NCBI GenBank assembly: GCA_964444955.1
Contig: CAYUJB010000002.1
Location: 972-64,971 of the forward strand
From: an uncultured Candidatus Saccharibacteria bacterium
GTDB taxonomy: Bacteria > Patescibacteriota > Minisyncoccia > 2-02-FULL-40-12 > GWA2-44-9
DNA length: 64,000 bases
Direction of reading: 5' to 3'
Positions 1-8,696 of the stretch are shown here, piece after piece. The first letter of the stretch is position 1. Every line of letters starts with the position of its first letter. The translations under genes were made by a program, and so were the position numbers. The notes under the pieces were generated by a model. The model searched no databases and was not told where the DNA came from. It worked only from the letters and a program-made list of their open reading frames with translations.

Positions 1-411
1 GCCGGCCAGATCGCCGCGGCGGTCGCTCTGCACCGACGAGCTGCCCCCCTCCGTACCACCAGTGAGCTGGTGAGTCTCATCGAAGCAACAGTGCCACCCT
101 GGTACCGTCACCGAAAGATTCACTGCGCTACGAAAACATTTCAGGCGCTCCGTGTTGTTGTCAACGGCGAGCTTGAGAATGTGACAGCAGGAGTATCGGC
201 AGCGATACGAGTGCTGAAGCCTGGTGGACGATTATTGGTTATTTCATTTCAGGGGGCAGAAGACAAAATAGTTCGTGAGCTTTTCAAAAAAGCAGCAAAA
301 GAAGGTCTCATCGAGTGGGTTACGCGCAGTACCATCCGTCCCACGTGGGCGCAGACCAAGCAAAACCCTCGGGCACGAAGTGCAAAACTAAAAATTATTC
401 GAAAACTATGA
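1..411 (+). CDS. rsmH: 16S rRNA m4C1402 methyltransferase RsmH, C-terminal part; 5' end lies outside the window
   Basis: C-terminal motifs of the RsmH/MraW family (LLVISFQGAEDKIV... NPRARSAKL). It is followed by ftsL-like, ftsI and murF genes, as in the dcw cluster. Confidence 0.75.
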   Translation, partial: AGQIAAAVALHRRAAPLRTTSELVSLIEATVPPWYRHRKIHCATKTFQALRVVVNGELENVTAGVSAAIRVLKPGGRLLVISFQGAEDKIVRELFKKAAKEGLIEWVTRSTIRPTWAQTKQNPRARSAKLKIIRKL

Positions 412-716
412 AAACCGCAGCACCAACGCAGTCGCACACCGGCATCCGGAATTTCAATATGATTCTGCTCGCAGTTATGTGTGCCGCGCTCGTGGTCTAC
501 GTGGTTGCGGCAAATAGTCTCGCATCTCGCCAATGGCGCTTTTCGCAATCTCAAAGCAAACTTTCTGCGCTCCTGGAGCAGCGCAACACCATTGCAGATC
601 AACAAGCAGCGCTTGAAGATCGTGGGCGCCTTATGGAGCTTGCCATTCGATCTGGCATGGTCGGCGTTGGGGATGTCGTCTATTTGGTGCAAGAGGGAGC
701 TGTCGCAGCTCGCTAG
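408..716 (+). CDS. ftsL: FtsL-like cell-division protein (N-terminal TM helix plus coiled-coil); likely start MKTAAP
   Basis: Small bitopic protein between rsmH and ftsI. One hydrophobic helix (ILLAVMCAALVVYVVAA) then a heptad-like region. No strong sequence conservation is expected for this family. Confidence 0.45.
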   Translation: MKTAAPTQSHTGIRNFNMILLAVMCAALVVYVVAANSLASRQWRFSQSQSKLSALLEQRNTIADQQAALEDRGRLMELAIRSGMVGVGDVVYLVQEGAVAAR

Positions 717-779
717 CTATGCCGTCAAAAAACCGTCGGAGCGGTTTTTTGTTTTCCATAAACTTGGTATTGTACACTT

Positions 780-2498
780 GTGCAGAACAAGATTAACCTT
801 ACTCGTCTCACGGTTGGGCTTTTCGTTATGCTGGCTACGTTTGCCATAGTGGCATGGCGCATTTTCTATTTGAGTTGGTCACAGCACGCGTTATATACTC
901 AAACCTCGCAGGCACAGGCAGATGGCGTGAGTAATGTTCTGTTGCGGGGTAACGTCTATTTTTCAGACAAGATGGGGCAGGAGTATCTTGCTGCGACGAA
1001 TAAGAAATTTCCCGTCTTCCTTCTTACGCCGTCCGCTTTGGATCCTCAAATACGTGATGGCGAGCTTCGTGCGCTCGCATCTACATCTGGAGTAAGTATG
1101 GAAGCAATCACGAGAATTGCCGACTCGGGTGCGTCAGGCGCGCGCGTTGTGCTCAAAAAACTTACGGATGAACAAGTCATTTCGCTTAAGGCGCTGCGCA
1201 TCCGCGGCGTTAGTATTGGCTACGAAGCAGATCGCACGTATCCGTTGGGCACACTCGCCGCAGACGCGCTCGGCTTTTTGGGTTACACGGACGTAGGTCG
1301 CGCGGGCCAGTATGGAGTTGAGGCATCATATGACGATGTTCTTACTGGGCGCACCATCAAGTCCGCATCAAGTCGTTGGAATATATGGCGTACACTGCTT
1401 GATTGGTTCGGAGTAGCCGATACTACGGGTTCTGCGACAGAAGACGGCCCGCAGGATATCATTCTCACGATCGATAAAAATATTCAGGAATATGCACAAA
1501 CGGTACTGGATGCTGTTCTCAAGAAATATAGTGCAGCCTCGGGAACACTTGTCGTGCAGGAGCCGAATACCGGTCGTATTCTGGCGCTTGCGGATAGTCC
1601 TACATACGACCCAAATCGCTATGGCGGAGCGTCCTCATCCGTATTCGTAAACGGAGCGCTGACTCCATTTGAACCGGGCTCATCGTTCAAACCCTTTACC
1701 ATGGCGATGGGGCTAGAGACAGGAAGTGTTACCCCAACCACTACGTTTGATGATAGCGGCGACGTAATTATCGATGGCTACAACATCAAGAACTTCAATG
1801 AAGGACACTTCGGTGTTGTCACCATGACGCGCGTGCTCGAAAAAAGCATCAACACGGGTGTCATGTGGGTTGCTGAGCGTGTTGGCAATGCAAAGTTTTT
1901 GGATTTTGTCGTCAACATGGGATTCGGTCAGCAGACCGGCGTGGACTTGCCCGGCGAATCAAGTGGTAATATCAGCAACCTCTATACGGGACGCCGGATC
2001 AACTTTATGACAGCATCGTTTGGACAGGGAATTACCGTGACGCCTCTGCAGCTCATTACTGGCTACTCAGCAATTGCGAATGGTGGGCAGTTGATGCAGC
2101 CACGCATTGTCGATGCTGTTCGTGATGCACACGGCGTGGTGACGAAGCAGGAACCTAAGATCATCGGTACGCCATTCTCACTCAAGACTGCTGCTCAATT
2201 GCGCACGATGCTCACGTCAGTGGTGGACAATGGTTTCGACAAAGCACGCATCGCGCGGTACGATATCGCAGGGAAGACTGGAACGGCGCAGATCGCCAGT
2301 CCCAAGGGTGGATACCTCGACAACGAGTATAACCACAGCTTTGTGGGATTTGCACCAGCGAGTAACCCCAAATTTGTTATCCTTATTCGCATGGAGAAGC
2401 CACAGGGCATCACGTTTGCTGCTGATAGCTTGAGTCCGTCATTTCGCGATATGGCACTCTTTCTCATTAATTATCTCAATATCCCTCCGACACGATGA
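780..2498 (+). CDS. ftsI: Class B penicillin-binding protein / peptidoglycan D,D-transpeptidase FtsI
   Basis: N-terminal TM anchor and the transpeptidase motifs SSFKPFT (SxxK), SIN, KTGTAQ. GTG start. Overlaps murF by 4 nt. Confidence 0.85.
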   Translation: MQNKINLTRLTVGLFVMLATFAIVAWRIFYLSWSQHALYTQTSQAQADGVSNVLLRGNVYFSDKMGQEYLAATNKKFPVFLLTPSALDPQIRDGELRALASTSGVSMEAITRIADSGASGARVVLKKLTDEQVISLKALRIRGVSIGYEADRTYPLGTLAADALGFLGYTDVGRAGQYGVEASYDDVLTGRTIKSASSRWNIWRTLLDWFGVADTTGSATEDGPQDIILTIDKNIQEYAQTVLDAVLKKYSAASGTLVVQEPNTGRILALADSPTYDPNRYGGASSSVFVNGALTPFEPGSSFKPFTMAMGLETGSVTPTTTFDDSGDVIIDGYNIKNFNEGHFGVVTMTRVLEKSINTGVMWVAERVGNAKFLDFVVNMGFGQQTGVDLPGESSGNISNLYTGRRINFMTASFGQGITVTPLQLITGYSAIANGGQLMQPRIVDAVRDAHGVVTKQEPKIIGTPFSLKTAAQLRTMLTSVVDNGFDKARIARYDIAGKTGTAQIASPKGGYLDNEYNHSFVGFAPASNPKFVILIRMEKPQGITFAADSLSPSFRDMALFLINYLNIPPTR

Positions 2499-3787
2499 TG
2501 CTTGCACTACTCAAAATACAACTCCGTTGGCTCGCGCAGGCATATGTGCGTCGCTATCGCCCTATCATCGTTGCTGTTACCGGAAACGTGGGCAAGACTA
2601 CCACGAAAGAAGCGATCGCCGCGGTATTGGGCGCAAAGCACAGCGTCCGAAGTAGCGGCGGGAATTTGAACAATGATCTTGGCATACCATTGACGATCAT
2701 TGGTGAGTATTCGGATCGGTACTATCAGAGCGGGGGAACTGCATCATTCTGGCTCCATGTGCTCTGGCATGGTTTTGTCGGACTCTTCGCACATCGAAAC
2801 GAGTATCCTGAGGTTCTCGTCTTGGAGTTTGGTGCCGATAGGCCGGGGGATATCAAGCGTCTCACGGGTGACTATCCACCTCACGTTGCCGTCGTGACGC
2901 ACGTCGGGGACACGCCAGTGCATGTCGAGTTTTTTGCATCACCACGTGAGCTCGCTCGGGAGAAGGCGCATATTATTCAGCGCCTCACCGCGTCAGATGT
3001 TGCCGTGTTGGGTTCGGATGATCTCTCGGTGCTCGAAATGCGATCAGCGACCAAGGGTCGTGTGCGAACGTTTGGTTTGGGCGAGGGCGCGGATGTGCGC
3101 GTCACCAATTTTAGAACTCGAAGTGAAGGTGCGCGACCCTTAGGCGTTGCTTTTGATATTTCGGTAGACGGTAATACCATGCCAGTCGCAATCTCAGGAG
3201 CACTGGGTGTGGGTCTTGCCAATGCTGCCGCCGCTGCCGTCGCAGTGGGGACGTCATTGGGCGTGGGGTTGGCTGACGCCGTTCAGGCACTCGCGCGCAT
3301 GACACCGCCTGCTGGGAGGCTGCGTATTATTGAAGGTATTCGCAACACGATTGTTATCGATGACACGTACAATGCGTCGCCTGCTGCGATGCACGCGGCA
3401 CTCGACGCGGTGGGTGCACTGTCCGCGCCGCGCCGCGTGCTCATTCTCGGAGATATGCGTGAGTTGGGTGCCTATAGCGTGCAAGCGCATCAGGCCATTG
3501 GCAATCTCGCCGCCGAAGTTGCGCAGGTGCTGGTGTGTGTTGGTGAGAGCGGGCGATTCATTGCTGACGCCGCAGCAAATCAGATGCCTGCAGAGCACAT
3601 CCATCGAGCACCGGATGCACACGAGGCCGCCGCGATGGTGCAACAGCTCATTCGTCAGGGCGATCTCATTTTGGTGAAGGGATCACAAGGTATGCGCATG
3701 GAACGAATTGTGCAAGAAATTATGGCCCGCCCCGAGCAGGCCACTAAACTCCTCGTACGCCAAAGTGCACGATGGCTGGAGAAATAA
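2495..3787 (+). CDS. murF: UDP-N-acetylmuramoyl-tripeptide--D-alanyl-D-alanine ligase MurF
   Basis: Mur-ligase P-loop VTGNVGKTTTKE and the MurF hallmark IDDTYNASPAAM. Confidence 0.9.
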   Translation: MMLALLKIQLRWLAQAYVRRYRPIIVAVTGNVGKTTTKEAIAAVLGAKHSVRSSGGNLNNDLGIPLTIIGEYSDRYYQSGGTASFWLHVLWHGFVGLFAHRNEYPEVLVLEFGADRPGDIKRLTGDYPPHVAVVTHVGDTPVHVEFFASPRELAREKAHIIQRLTASDVAVLGSDDLSVLEMRSATKGRVRTFGLGEGADVRVTNFRTRSEGARPLGVAFDISVDGNTMPVAISGALGVGLANAAAAAVAVGTSLGVGLADAVQALARMTPPAGRLRIIEGIRNTIVIDDTYNASPAAMHAALDAVGALSAPRRVLILGDMRELGAYSVQAHQAIGNLAAEVAQVLVCVGESGRFIADAAANQMPAEHIHRAPDAHEAAAMVQQLIRQGDLILVKGSQGMRMERIVQEIMARPEQATKLLVRQSARWLEK

Positions 3788-3799
3788 AAAACGCCACCG

Positions 3800-4246
3800 C
3801 TACGGGTGGCGCTGCTGATCAAGCAGCATAATCGCACGATCGGCATCGACTTGCGATAGTCCAATATTCCACTGCGTATGAACGAGGCAATTTTCGTGCG
3901 GTGACACTTCGCTTTCATCGGCGTCATCAATCACGATGTAGCACGTCACCATACTGGCATTTTCATGGAGCCAAAGACTGATGCACTCTCCGCGAGTGGA
4001 GCCGTAATTCTTCGTAACACCCAGCACGACGTCGCCATCGATGCCTGCGTGACGAAAGTATCCTCGCAACACTTCCAGGGGCATGATGCGGCCGAGCGCC
4101 CCCGTGACTACAATCTTAGCGCCAGTGGATGCAAGGATCTCGCGCAAGCACGTGCTGGGAACCGCGTCGAATCCATCAATGCGTGTACGCGACGCTGTTT
4201 GACTTTTGTTCATGACACCATCGATATCCAGGAATATAATTTTCAA
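3800..4246 (-). CDS. HAD-superfamily hydrolase/phosphatase (putative)
   Basis: N-terminal motif I IIFLDIDGVMN (DxDG) and a later IVIDD motif. Specific family not resolved. Confidence 0.5.
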   Translation of the reverse strand: MKIIFLDIDGVMNKSQTASRTRIDGFDAVPSTCLREILASTGAKIVVTGALGRIMPLEVLRGYFRHAGIDGDVVLGVTKNYGSTRGECISLWLHENASMVTCYIVIDDADESEVSPHENCLVHTQWNIGLSQVDADRAIMLLDQQRHP

Positions 4247-4286
4247 TGTGCGCCTCCTTTGAGCTTCATCCTAGCATACTGAATGC

Positions 4287-4316
4287 CTTGTCGGAAATGG
4301 CTTTTCACGTTATACT
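4287..4316 (+). promoter_or_regulatory. sigma70-like promoter for tRNA-Glu (TTGTCG-17-TATACT)
   Basis: -35/-10 hexamers with a 17-nt spacer about 12 nt upstream of the tRNA 5' end. Confidence 0.4.
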
Positions 4317-4328
4317 GCGTACCTGAAT

Positions 4329-4403
4329 GGCCTTGTCGTCTAGCCCGGTCTAGGACACTAGATTCTCATTCTAGTAACACGGGTTCAAATCCCGTCGAGG
4401 CTA
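4329..4403 (+). tRNA. tRNA-Glu (anticodon CTC); CCA encoded at 4404-4406
   Basis: Manual cloverleaf: acceptor GGCCTTG/CGAGGCT (G1.U72 and U6.G67 wobbles), D-stem GTCT/GGAC, anticodon stem CTAGA/TCTAG, loop TTCTCAT, T-arm ACGGG-TTCAAAT-CCCGT. Matches the GTCTAG...GGACAC pattern of bacterial tRNA-Glu. Confidence 0.8.
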
Positions 4404-4450
4404 CCACGTTTGACAGAATGATAGGTATTTGCTAGGATATTCAGACATTT

Positions 4451-4768
4451 ATGCCGACATTCGCTGTAATCAAAACTGGAGGGAAGCAATACATTGTCCG
4501 CAAGGGCGATGTGGTGACCATCGAAAAGCTGGTTCACGATGGCAAAAAGGTCTCATTCGACCAGGTGCTTTTGATTGCCGATGAGAAGAAAGCAACTATC
4601 GGACAGCCGGTTATCAAAGGAGCCACCGTCTCTGCTTCGGTGCTCGAGGATGGCAAGGGCGAGAAAAAGATGGTCTTTCGCTACAAGGCCAAGACCCGCT
4701 CGAAGAAGAAGAAAGGTCATCGCCAGCCCTTCACGAAGGTGAAAATCGACTCCATCTCTGCCAAGTAA
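4451..4768 (+). CDS. rplU: 50S ribosomal protein L21
   Basis: MPTFAVIKTGGKQYIVRKGDVV... is the canonical L21 N-terminus. Own promoter TTGACA-17-TAGGAT at 4409-4437. Confidence 0.9.
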   Translation: MPTFAVIKTGGKQYIVRKGDVVTIEKLVHDGKKVSFDQVLLIADEKKATIGQPVIKGATVSASVLEDGKGEKKMVFRYKAKTRSKKKKGHRQPFTKVKIDSISAK

Positions 4769-4769
4769 A

Positions 4770-4795
4770 AAGAGCCCATCCGGGCTCTTTTGGTT
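4770..4795 (+). terminator. Rho-independent terminator after rplU
   Basis: GAGCCCATCCGGGCTC hairpin followed by TTTTGG. Confidence 0.7.
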
Positions 4796-4796
4796 A

Positions 4797-5283
4797 TTGA
4801 TGTTCCGCTCCCTTTCCCACTCTCCGACTCGTCAGTTCGCACAATGAGTGACAGCCTGTCCGCATCACAGGCGAAGCATCCGAATCTCCGCATTCCATCC
4901 CGCCTCTGGCGGGATGTCGGTGCTCCGGTCATGCGGATGCTCGCCGATGCGGACTACGACTGTCATCTGATATGTACTCACCCGCTGTACTATGACTCGC
5001 TTGGAGAGTGGGGAAGAGTCGCGTCGCATACACCCACCAACAAGTCGATGCGCATTCTTTTGGCTTAGGTATATCCTTTTTGAGCGACGGGTACCCGTGA
5101 CATCAATTGGCATAGTATGCGGGTTCGCACATATACAGCGACATTCGTTATCCAGGTCGCAGATAGCCGCATGACCGGAGCATAAAGCCGTAGGCGCCTG
5201 CGGAGATTCGGATATCGTATACCTGGATAGAATGTCGTTCGAATGCGAACTGACAAGTGAAGTTATGGGTAAACGGAGCGAGA
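4797..5283. repeat. Noncoding structured/repeat element, copy 1 (paralog of 60048-60430); candidate large ncRNA or MITE-like element
   Basis: No credible ORF. Three nested perfect long-range inverted pairs: 4831-4841/5244-5254 (11 bp), 4878-4892/5199-5213 (15 bp) and 4921-4936/5167-5182 (16 bp). Local hairpin CCCGCC-TCT-GGCGGG. Blocks 4871-4896 and 4915-4944 are 100% identical to the reverse complement of 60336-60361 and 60279-60308. Confidence 0.6.
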
Positions 5284-5883
5284 TTACTTCCTACTCTCCA
5301 GTGCATGCCGGAGCGTTATCTCGTCGGCGTATTCTAGGTGTGTGCCAGTGGCGAGGCCGCGGGCGAGACGGGTGGTGCGGATGCCGGGCGCTTTGTGAAA
5401 CAGGTCGCGCAGGTACATCGCCGTCATCTCGCCACTGGAGGTAGGATTGGTGGCGAGTACCAGCTCCACCGTGCCGGCCTGCTGAGCGATACGGTCCACG
5501 CGTTCGGCCAGCTCGCGAATACGAAGATGTTCGGGCCCAACGTTGTTGACTGGTGCTATCGAGCCGCCTAAGACATGGTAGAGGCCTTTCCAGAGACCTG
5601 AGCGCTCGACTGATTGGAGATCGGTGATCATCTCGACCACCATAATTGCCTTGGGGTCGCGTCGAGTGTCTCGGCACACAGTACAGAGTGTATCGTCGGA
5701 GACATTGAAGCACTCGGGACACTTGCGAACACGAGTCTTGAGCTCGCGAATGGCATTGCCGAGATCATCAAGTTCAGACTGGGGCTTATCTAAGAGTGCG
5801 AGCACCATACGGGAAGCAGCCCGCGGTCCAACACCGGGCAATTTTTGAAGGAGCTTGGCGATTGCAGCGAATACAGGGTCCAT
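5284..5883 (-). CDS. recR: Recombination protein RecR
   Basis: HhH motif, C4 zinc finger CPECFNVSDDTLCTVC and a Toprim region, all typical of RecR. Confidence 0.9.
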   Translation of the reverse strand: MDPVFAAIAKLLQKLPGVGPRAASRMVLALLDKPQSELDDLGNAIRELKTRVRKCPECFNVSDDTLCTVCRDTRRDPKAIMVVEMITDLQSVERSGLWKGLYHVLGGSIAPVNNVGPEHLRIRELAERVDRIAQQAGTVELVLATNPTSSGEMTAMYLRDLFHKAPGIRTTRLARGLATGTHLEYADEITLRHALESRK

Positions 5884-5886
5884 AGT

Positions 5887-7254
5887 TTAGAGGAAGTCGG
5901 AATCAGTGTGCACTGTGTCGACTTCGGAGAACTCGAGGTTCTCGGGGTTTATATGAAAATCGATATCACCGGTGGGACCGTTACGGTGCTTAGCAATCAT
6001 GAGTGTGGCGAGGTTGGCGCGGCCTTCTTCTTGTGCACGCTGAAAGTTGACCTTGTCATCGCGGTGAATAAACATCACCACATCGGCATCTTGCTCAATG
6101 GAACCCGAATCGCGAAGGTCCGATAGTCGCGGCCGCGCACCAATCTCTCGGTTTTCCACAGCACGGGAGAGCTGGGAGAGCGCAACCACGGGGATGTTGA
6201 GCTCTTTGGCGAGCCCCTTGAGGCCGCGCGAGATTTCTGTGACCTGCTGCACCGCAGAATCGTAGTTGCGTCGCGCGCTCATGAGCTGTAAGTAATCGAC
6301 AAACAGGATACCGAGGCCGTGCTCGGCCTTGAGGCGGCGTGCCATGGCGCGCATCTGCATTACATTGAGACCCGGCGTGTCATCGATGTAGATGGGCATC
6401 TCGCGCAGCGATGAGATGGCGTTGGTGATTTTGAGAAAATCATTGTACTCACCTTCGTGACTGAGCTTGCCGGTGCGCAACCGCCAGAGCGAAGCTTTTG
6501 CTTTTGCCGAAATCAAACGATCGACAACCTGATCCACGCTCATCTCAAGACTGAAAATACCGACCGGTACTTGCATTTCAGCGACGCGACGTGCGATGTC
6601 GATTGCAAAGGCTGTTTTACCCACCGACGGACGTGCGGCGAGAATGATGAGATCCGATTTTTGGAAACCACCAAGCGTCTGATCAAGTTTTACATGGTTC
6701 GTACCGATACCGCGCAAACGACCGTCGTCCTGAGTTTGGATACGATCCATCGCCCGATCGAGCTCACCGGAGAGCGACCCGAACTTGTTGCTCAGTGTTT
6801 TCTGCGTGACTGAGAATAGCTGCTGTTCAGCCTCCCCGAGAATCGCATCGATGTCCTCGTCTTCGCGATGTGCCAGCCCTTGGAGTTGGTGAGAAACATC
6901 CAAAAGATCGCGCAAACTCTTTTTGCGTTGGACGATGCGCGCGTAGGTTTGCACGTGCGCTGAAGTGGGCACCTCGCTGGCTAGTGCGGTCAGAAACGCC
7001 GAGCCACCGACGGCATCGAGTTGACCCTTGTCTTTCAAGCGCGTGCTTACCGATAAGATATCGATGTTCTCGCGACTCTCCCACAGATCGGTGAGTGCTG
7101 CCCAGATCATCTGGTGGCTTCGCTGGTAGAAGTGGTCCGCGGTCACCATATCCACCACGCGGTGAATCGCCTCACGGTCAGTGAGGAGCGAACCCAAAAG
7201 CGACTTCTCTGCTTCGAGGTTTTGCGGTGGTCCTTTGTCGGGGAGGGTGGTCAT
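5887..7254 (-). CDS. dnaB: Replicative DNA helicase DnaB
   Basis: N-terminal domain (PQNLEAEKSLLGSLL) and a RecA-like core with Walker A GKTAFAIDIA. Length 455 aa. Confidence 0.9.
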   Translation of the reverse strand: MTTLPDKGPPQNLEAEKSLLGSLLTDREAIHRVVDMVTADHFYQRSHQMIWAALTDLWESRENIDILSVSTRLKDKGQLDAVGGSAFLTALASEVPTSAHVQTYARIVQRKKSLRDLLDVSHQLQGLAHREDEDIDAILGEAEQQLFSVTQKTLSNKFGSLSGELDRAMDRIQTQDDGRLRGIGTNHVKLDQTLGGFQKSDLIILAARPSVGKTAFAIDIARRVAEMQVPVGIFSLEMSVDQVVDRLISAKAKASLWRLRTGKLSHEGEYNDFLKITNAISSLREMPIYIDDTPGLNVMQMRAMARRLKAEHGLGILFVDYLQLMSARRNYDSAVQQVTEISRGLKGLAKELNIPVVALSQLSRAVENREIGARPRLSDLRDSGSIEQDADVVMFIHRDDKVNFQRAQEEGRANLATLMIAKHRNGPTGDIDFHINPENLEFSEVDTVHTDSDFL

Positions 7255-7368
7255 GGGAGCGCGTATGCTTCACTAGTATCTGTGAAAGATTCTTCCTTCG
7301 CAACTCATCTGTGGAGTGACTGTGTAGAAGTAATGGGAAAGCGATGAGCGTAAAGCGTTTAGGGCACA

Positions 7369-7396
7369 TTGACGGTAGAAGTTGGAGTGGCATAAT
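7369..7396 (+). promoter_or_regulatory. sigma70-like promoter (TTGACG-16-CATAAT) for the three-gene small-protein operon
   Basis: Hexamers seen directly in the sequence. A Shine-Dalgarno AAGGAGG lies 4-5 nt before the ATG at 7423. Confidence 0.5.
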
Positions 7397-7422
7397 GCGA
7401 GAACCTTAACAAAGGAGGTAGT

Positions 7423-7911
7423 ATGAGCTCACCATATGGAGATGCCATGAACCTCGCAGCCCGAGGCATTCTGATTTCAAGCTTCTCCACTGAATTGCGA
7501 GGAGATGAAGATGAAGATCAAGATCGCGAACGCCTCGCACGTTTTGCTGCGCTGATGCTTGAAGAGGCGCGATCATGGGCGTATGCGCATGATTTCAGTG
7601 GCAGCAGGAAAGATATGCGCATCAAGGGCGATCGCTATGAGCTGCTTCAAGTCTATCAGGCGTTGTTTAGCGGTCGCTCCTACACGCAGTTGATGGCTGA
7701 TGAAGACAATCTGGCCCGATTCTTCCGCTTCACGCGCGACCGAAAGCAGATCGTAGATGTACTTCGCTCGCTGCGCCGCCTCCAACGAGGCAGGCCCATC
7801 ACCGTCCAAGCTCGCGATCGAGTTCTCGCAGTGTGCGATCTCGCGCAACCACTCATTCGTAATCTGTCTGCGGCCGCGCATCATTGGGAAATGAGCCAAG
7901 ACGATGACTAA
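7423..7911 (+). CDS. Hypothetical small Arg-rich protein with C-terminal oligo-Asp tail (ends QDDD); paralog 1 of 3
   Basis: Strong SD. The N-terminus SPYGDAMNLAARGILISSFSTELRG and the segment LRSLRRL...PITVQARDRVLAV align to the protein encoded at 7927-8343. Confidence 0.6.
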   Translation: MSSPYGDAMNLAARGILISSFSTELRGDEDEDQDRERLARFAALMLEEARSWAYAHDFSGSRKDMRIKGDRYELLQVYQALFSGRSYTQLMADEDNLARFFRFTRDRKQIVDVLRSLRRLQRGRPITVQARDRVLAVCDLAQPLIRNLSAAAHHWEMSQDDD

Positions 7912-7926
7912 TCAAAGGAGGTCGAT

Positions 7927-8343
7927 ATGCCGGTATACGGAGATCCGCTAACATTGCATGTGCAAGCGATGGTCTTTCTCAGTATTTCTGAAGCATTGAA
8001 GGGTACTGATAAGAGGAGATCCGCTCGATCAGCTGCTCGTGAAGCATTGCAGTATGTGCGTACGGCGATCATCCACGTAAGTATCTTAACGCGTCGCCGC
8101 AAGAGAATTCGAGAAAATCAAGAATTCTCTCTGATCGCGTGGTGTCACTTCAAATGCGATCCTCGCTTCAGAGACAAGAAAACTGTTCTCGCTCTCATGC
8201 GAACATTGCGGCGAATTCGAAAGGACCACCCGGTGACCGACAAAGCACGAGCAGCGGCTGTTGCGTTCTTCGATCGTCTGTCTGATGAATGCTCCACGAA
8301 GGGCACTTCATCGAGCATGACGATTGGCGAGTCCGATGACTAA
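7927..8343 (+). CDS. Hypothetical small Arg-rich protein with C-terminal Asp tail (ends ESDD); paralog 2 of 3
   Basis: SD AAGGAGG. PVYGDPLTLHVQAMVFLSISEALKG and MRTLRRIRKDHPVTDKARAAAVAF are similar to paralog 1. Confidence 0.6.
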   Translation: MPVYGDPLTLHVQAMVFLSISEALKGTDKRRSARSAAREALQYVRTAIIHVSILTRRRKRIRENQEFSLIAWCHFKCDPRFRDKKTVLALMRTLRRIRKDHPVTDKARAAAVAFFDRLSDECSTKGTSSSMTIGESDD

Positions 8344-8366
8344 CACCAAATACCAGGGAGGTATTT

Positions 8367-8690
8367 ATGAATCGATGTGAAGGCGGCGGCGAATTGAAGA
8401 ATTTGAGAATATCGACGGCATTTTCGCATATACACTCGAAAATACACCCGAAAGTACCGCTCTCTGATGCCGATCTCGACTACATTCGACGTCGCGTCGA
8501 GACTATTCGCAGAGACTGGCGGACTACCTCCGAGGCCGAGCGGTTTTTCACCGCTCTTGAAAGAATAGGAAGCCCGGGATTGCTGTCGGAGCAGCAGTAC
8601 GATGACATGGTGAAATTGTGCGATCGTTTCACGAACGAGTTCCTCGATCGGTATCGTGCCGGAGCCCGAACGCAAGACGATGACGACTAA
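8367..8690 (+). CDS. Hypothetical small protein with C-terminal oligo-Asp tail (ends QDDDD); possible third paralog
   Basis: SD AGGGAGG. Arg-rich helix IRRRVETIRRDWRTTSEAERFF and the Asp tail resemble the two upstream genes only weakly. Confidence 0.55.
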   Translation: MNRCEGGGELKNLRISTAFSHIHSKIHPKVPLSDADLDYIRRRVETIRRDWRTTSEAERFFTALERIGSPGLLSEQQYDDMVKLCDRFTNEFLDRYRAGARTQDDDD

Positions 8691-8696
8691 CGCTCT

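Noticed and set aside
249-692. 147-aa minus-strand ORF over the rsmH/ftsL junction
   Set aside because: It is antisense to the conserved RsmH C-terminus and the ftsL-like gene. The translation is Arg/Cys-rich.
4790-5256. ORFs of 60-92 aa within the repeat element copy 1 (4790-5068 plus, 4865-5113 minus, 4992-5174 plus, 5065-5256 minus)
   Set aside because: There is no RBS, and the Arg/Cys/His-rich translations are not protein-like. Similar strings in the copy-2 ORFs are explained by nucleotide-level paralogy, and the exactly conserved blocks are nucleotide features, not codon-structured.
4797-5283. RNase P RNA, tmRNA, SRP RNA or 6S RNA as the identity of the structured element
   Set aside because: I searched both strands by eye. 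The P4 motifs GGAAAGTCCGG and ACAGAACCCGGCTTA are absent. The tmRNA T-arm/CCA end and the SRP domain IV motif GGAAGCAGCC are also absent. The same search was negative for 28397-28839 and 54315-54690.
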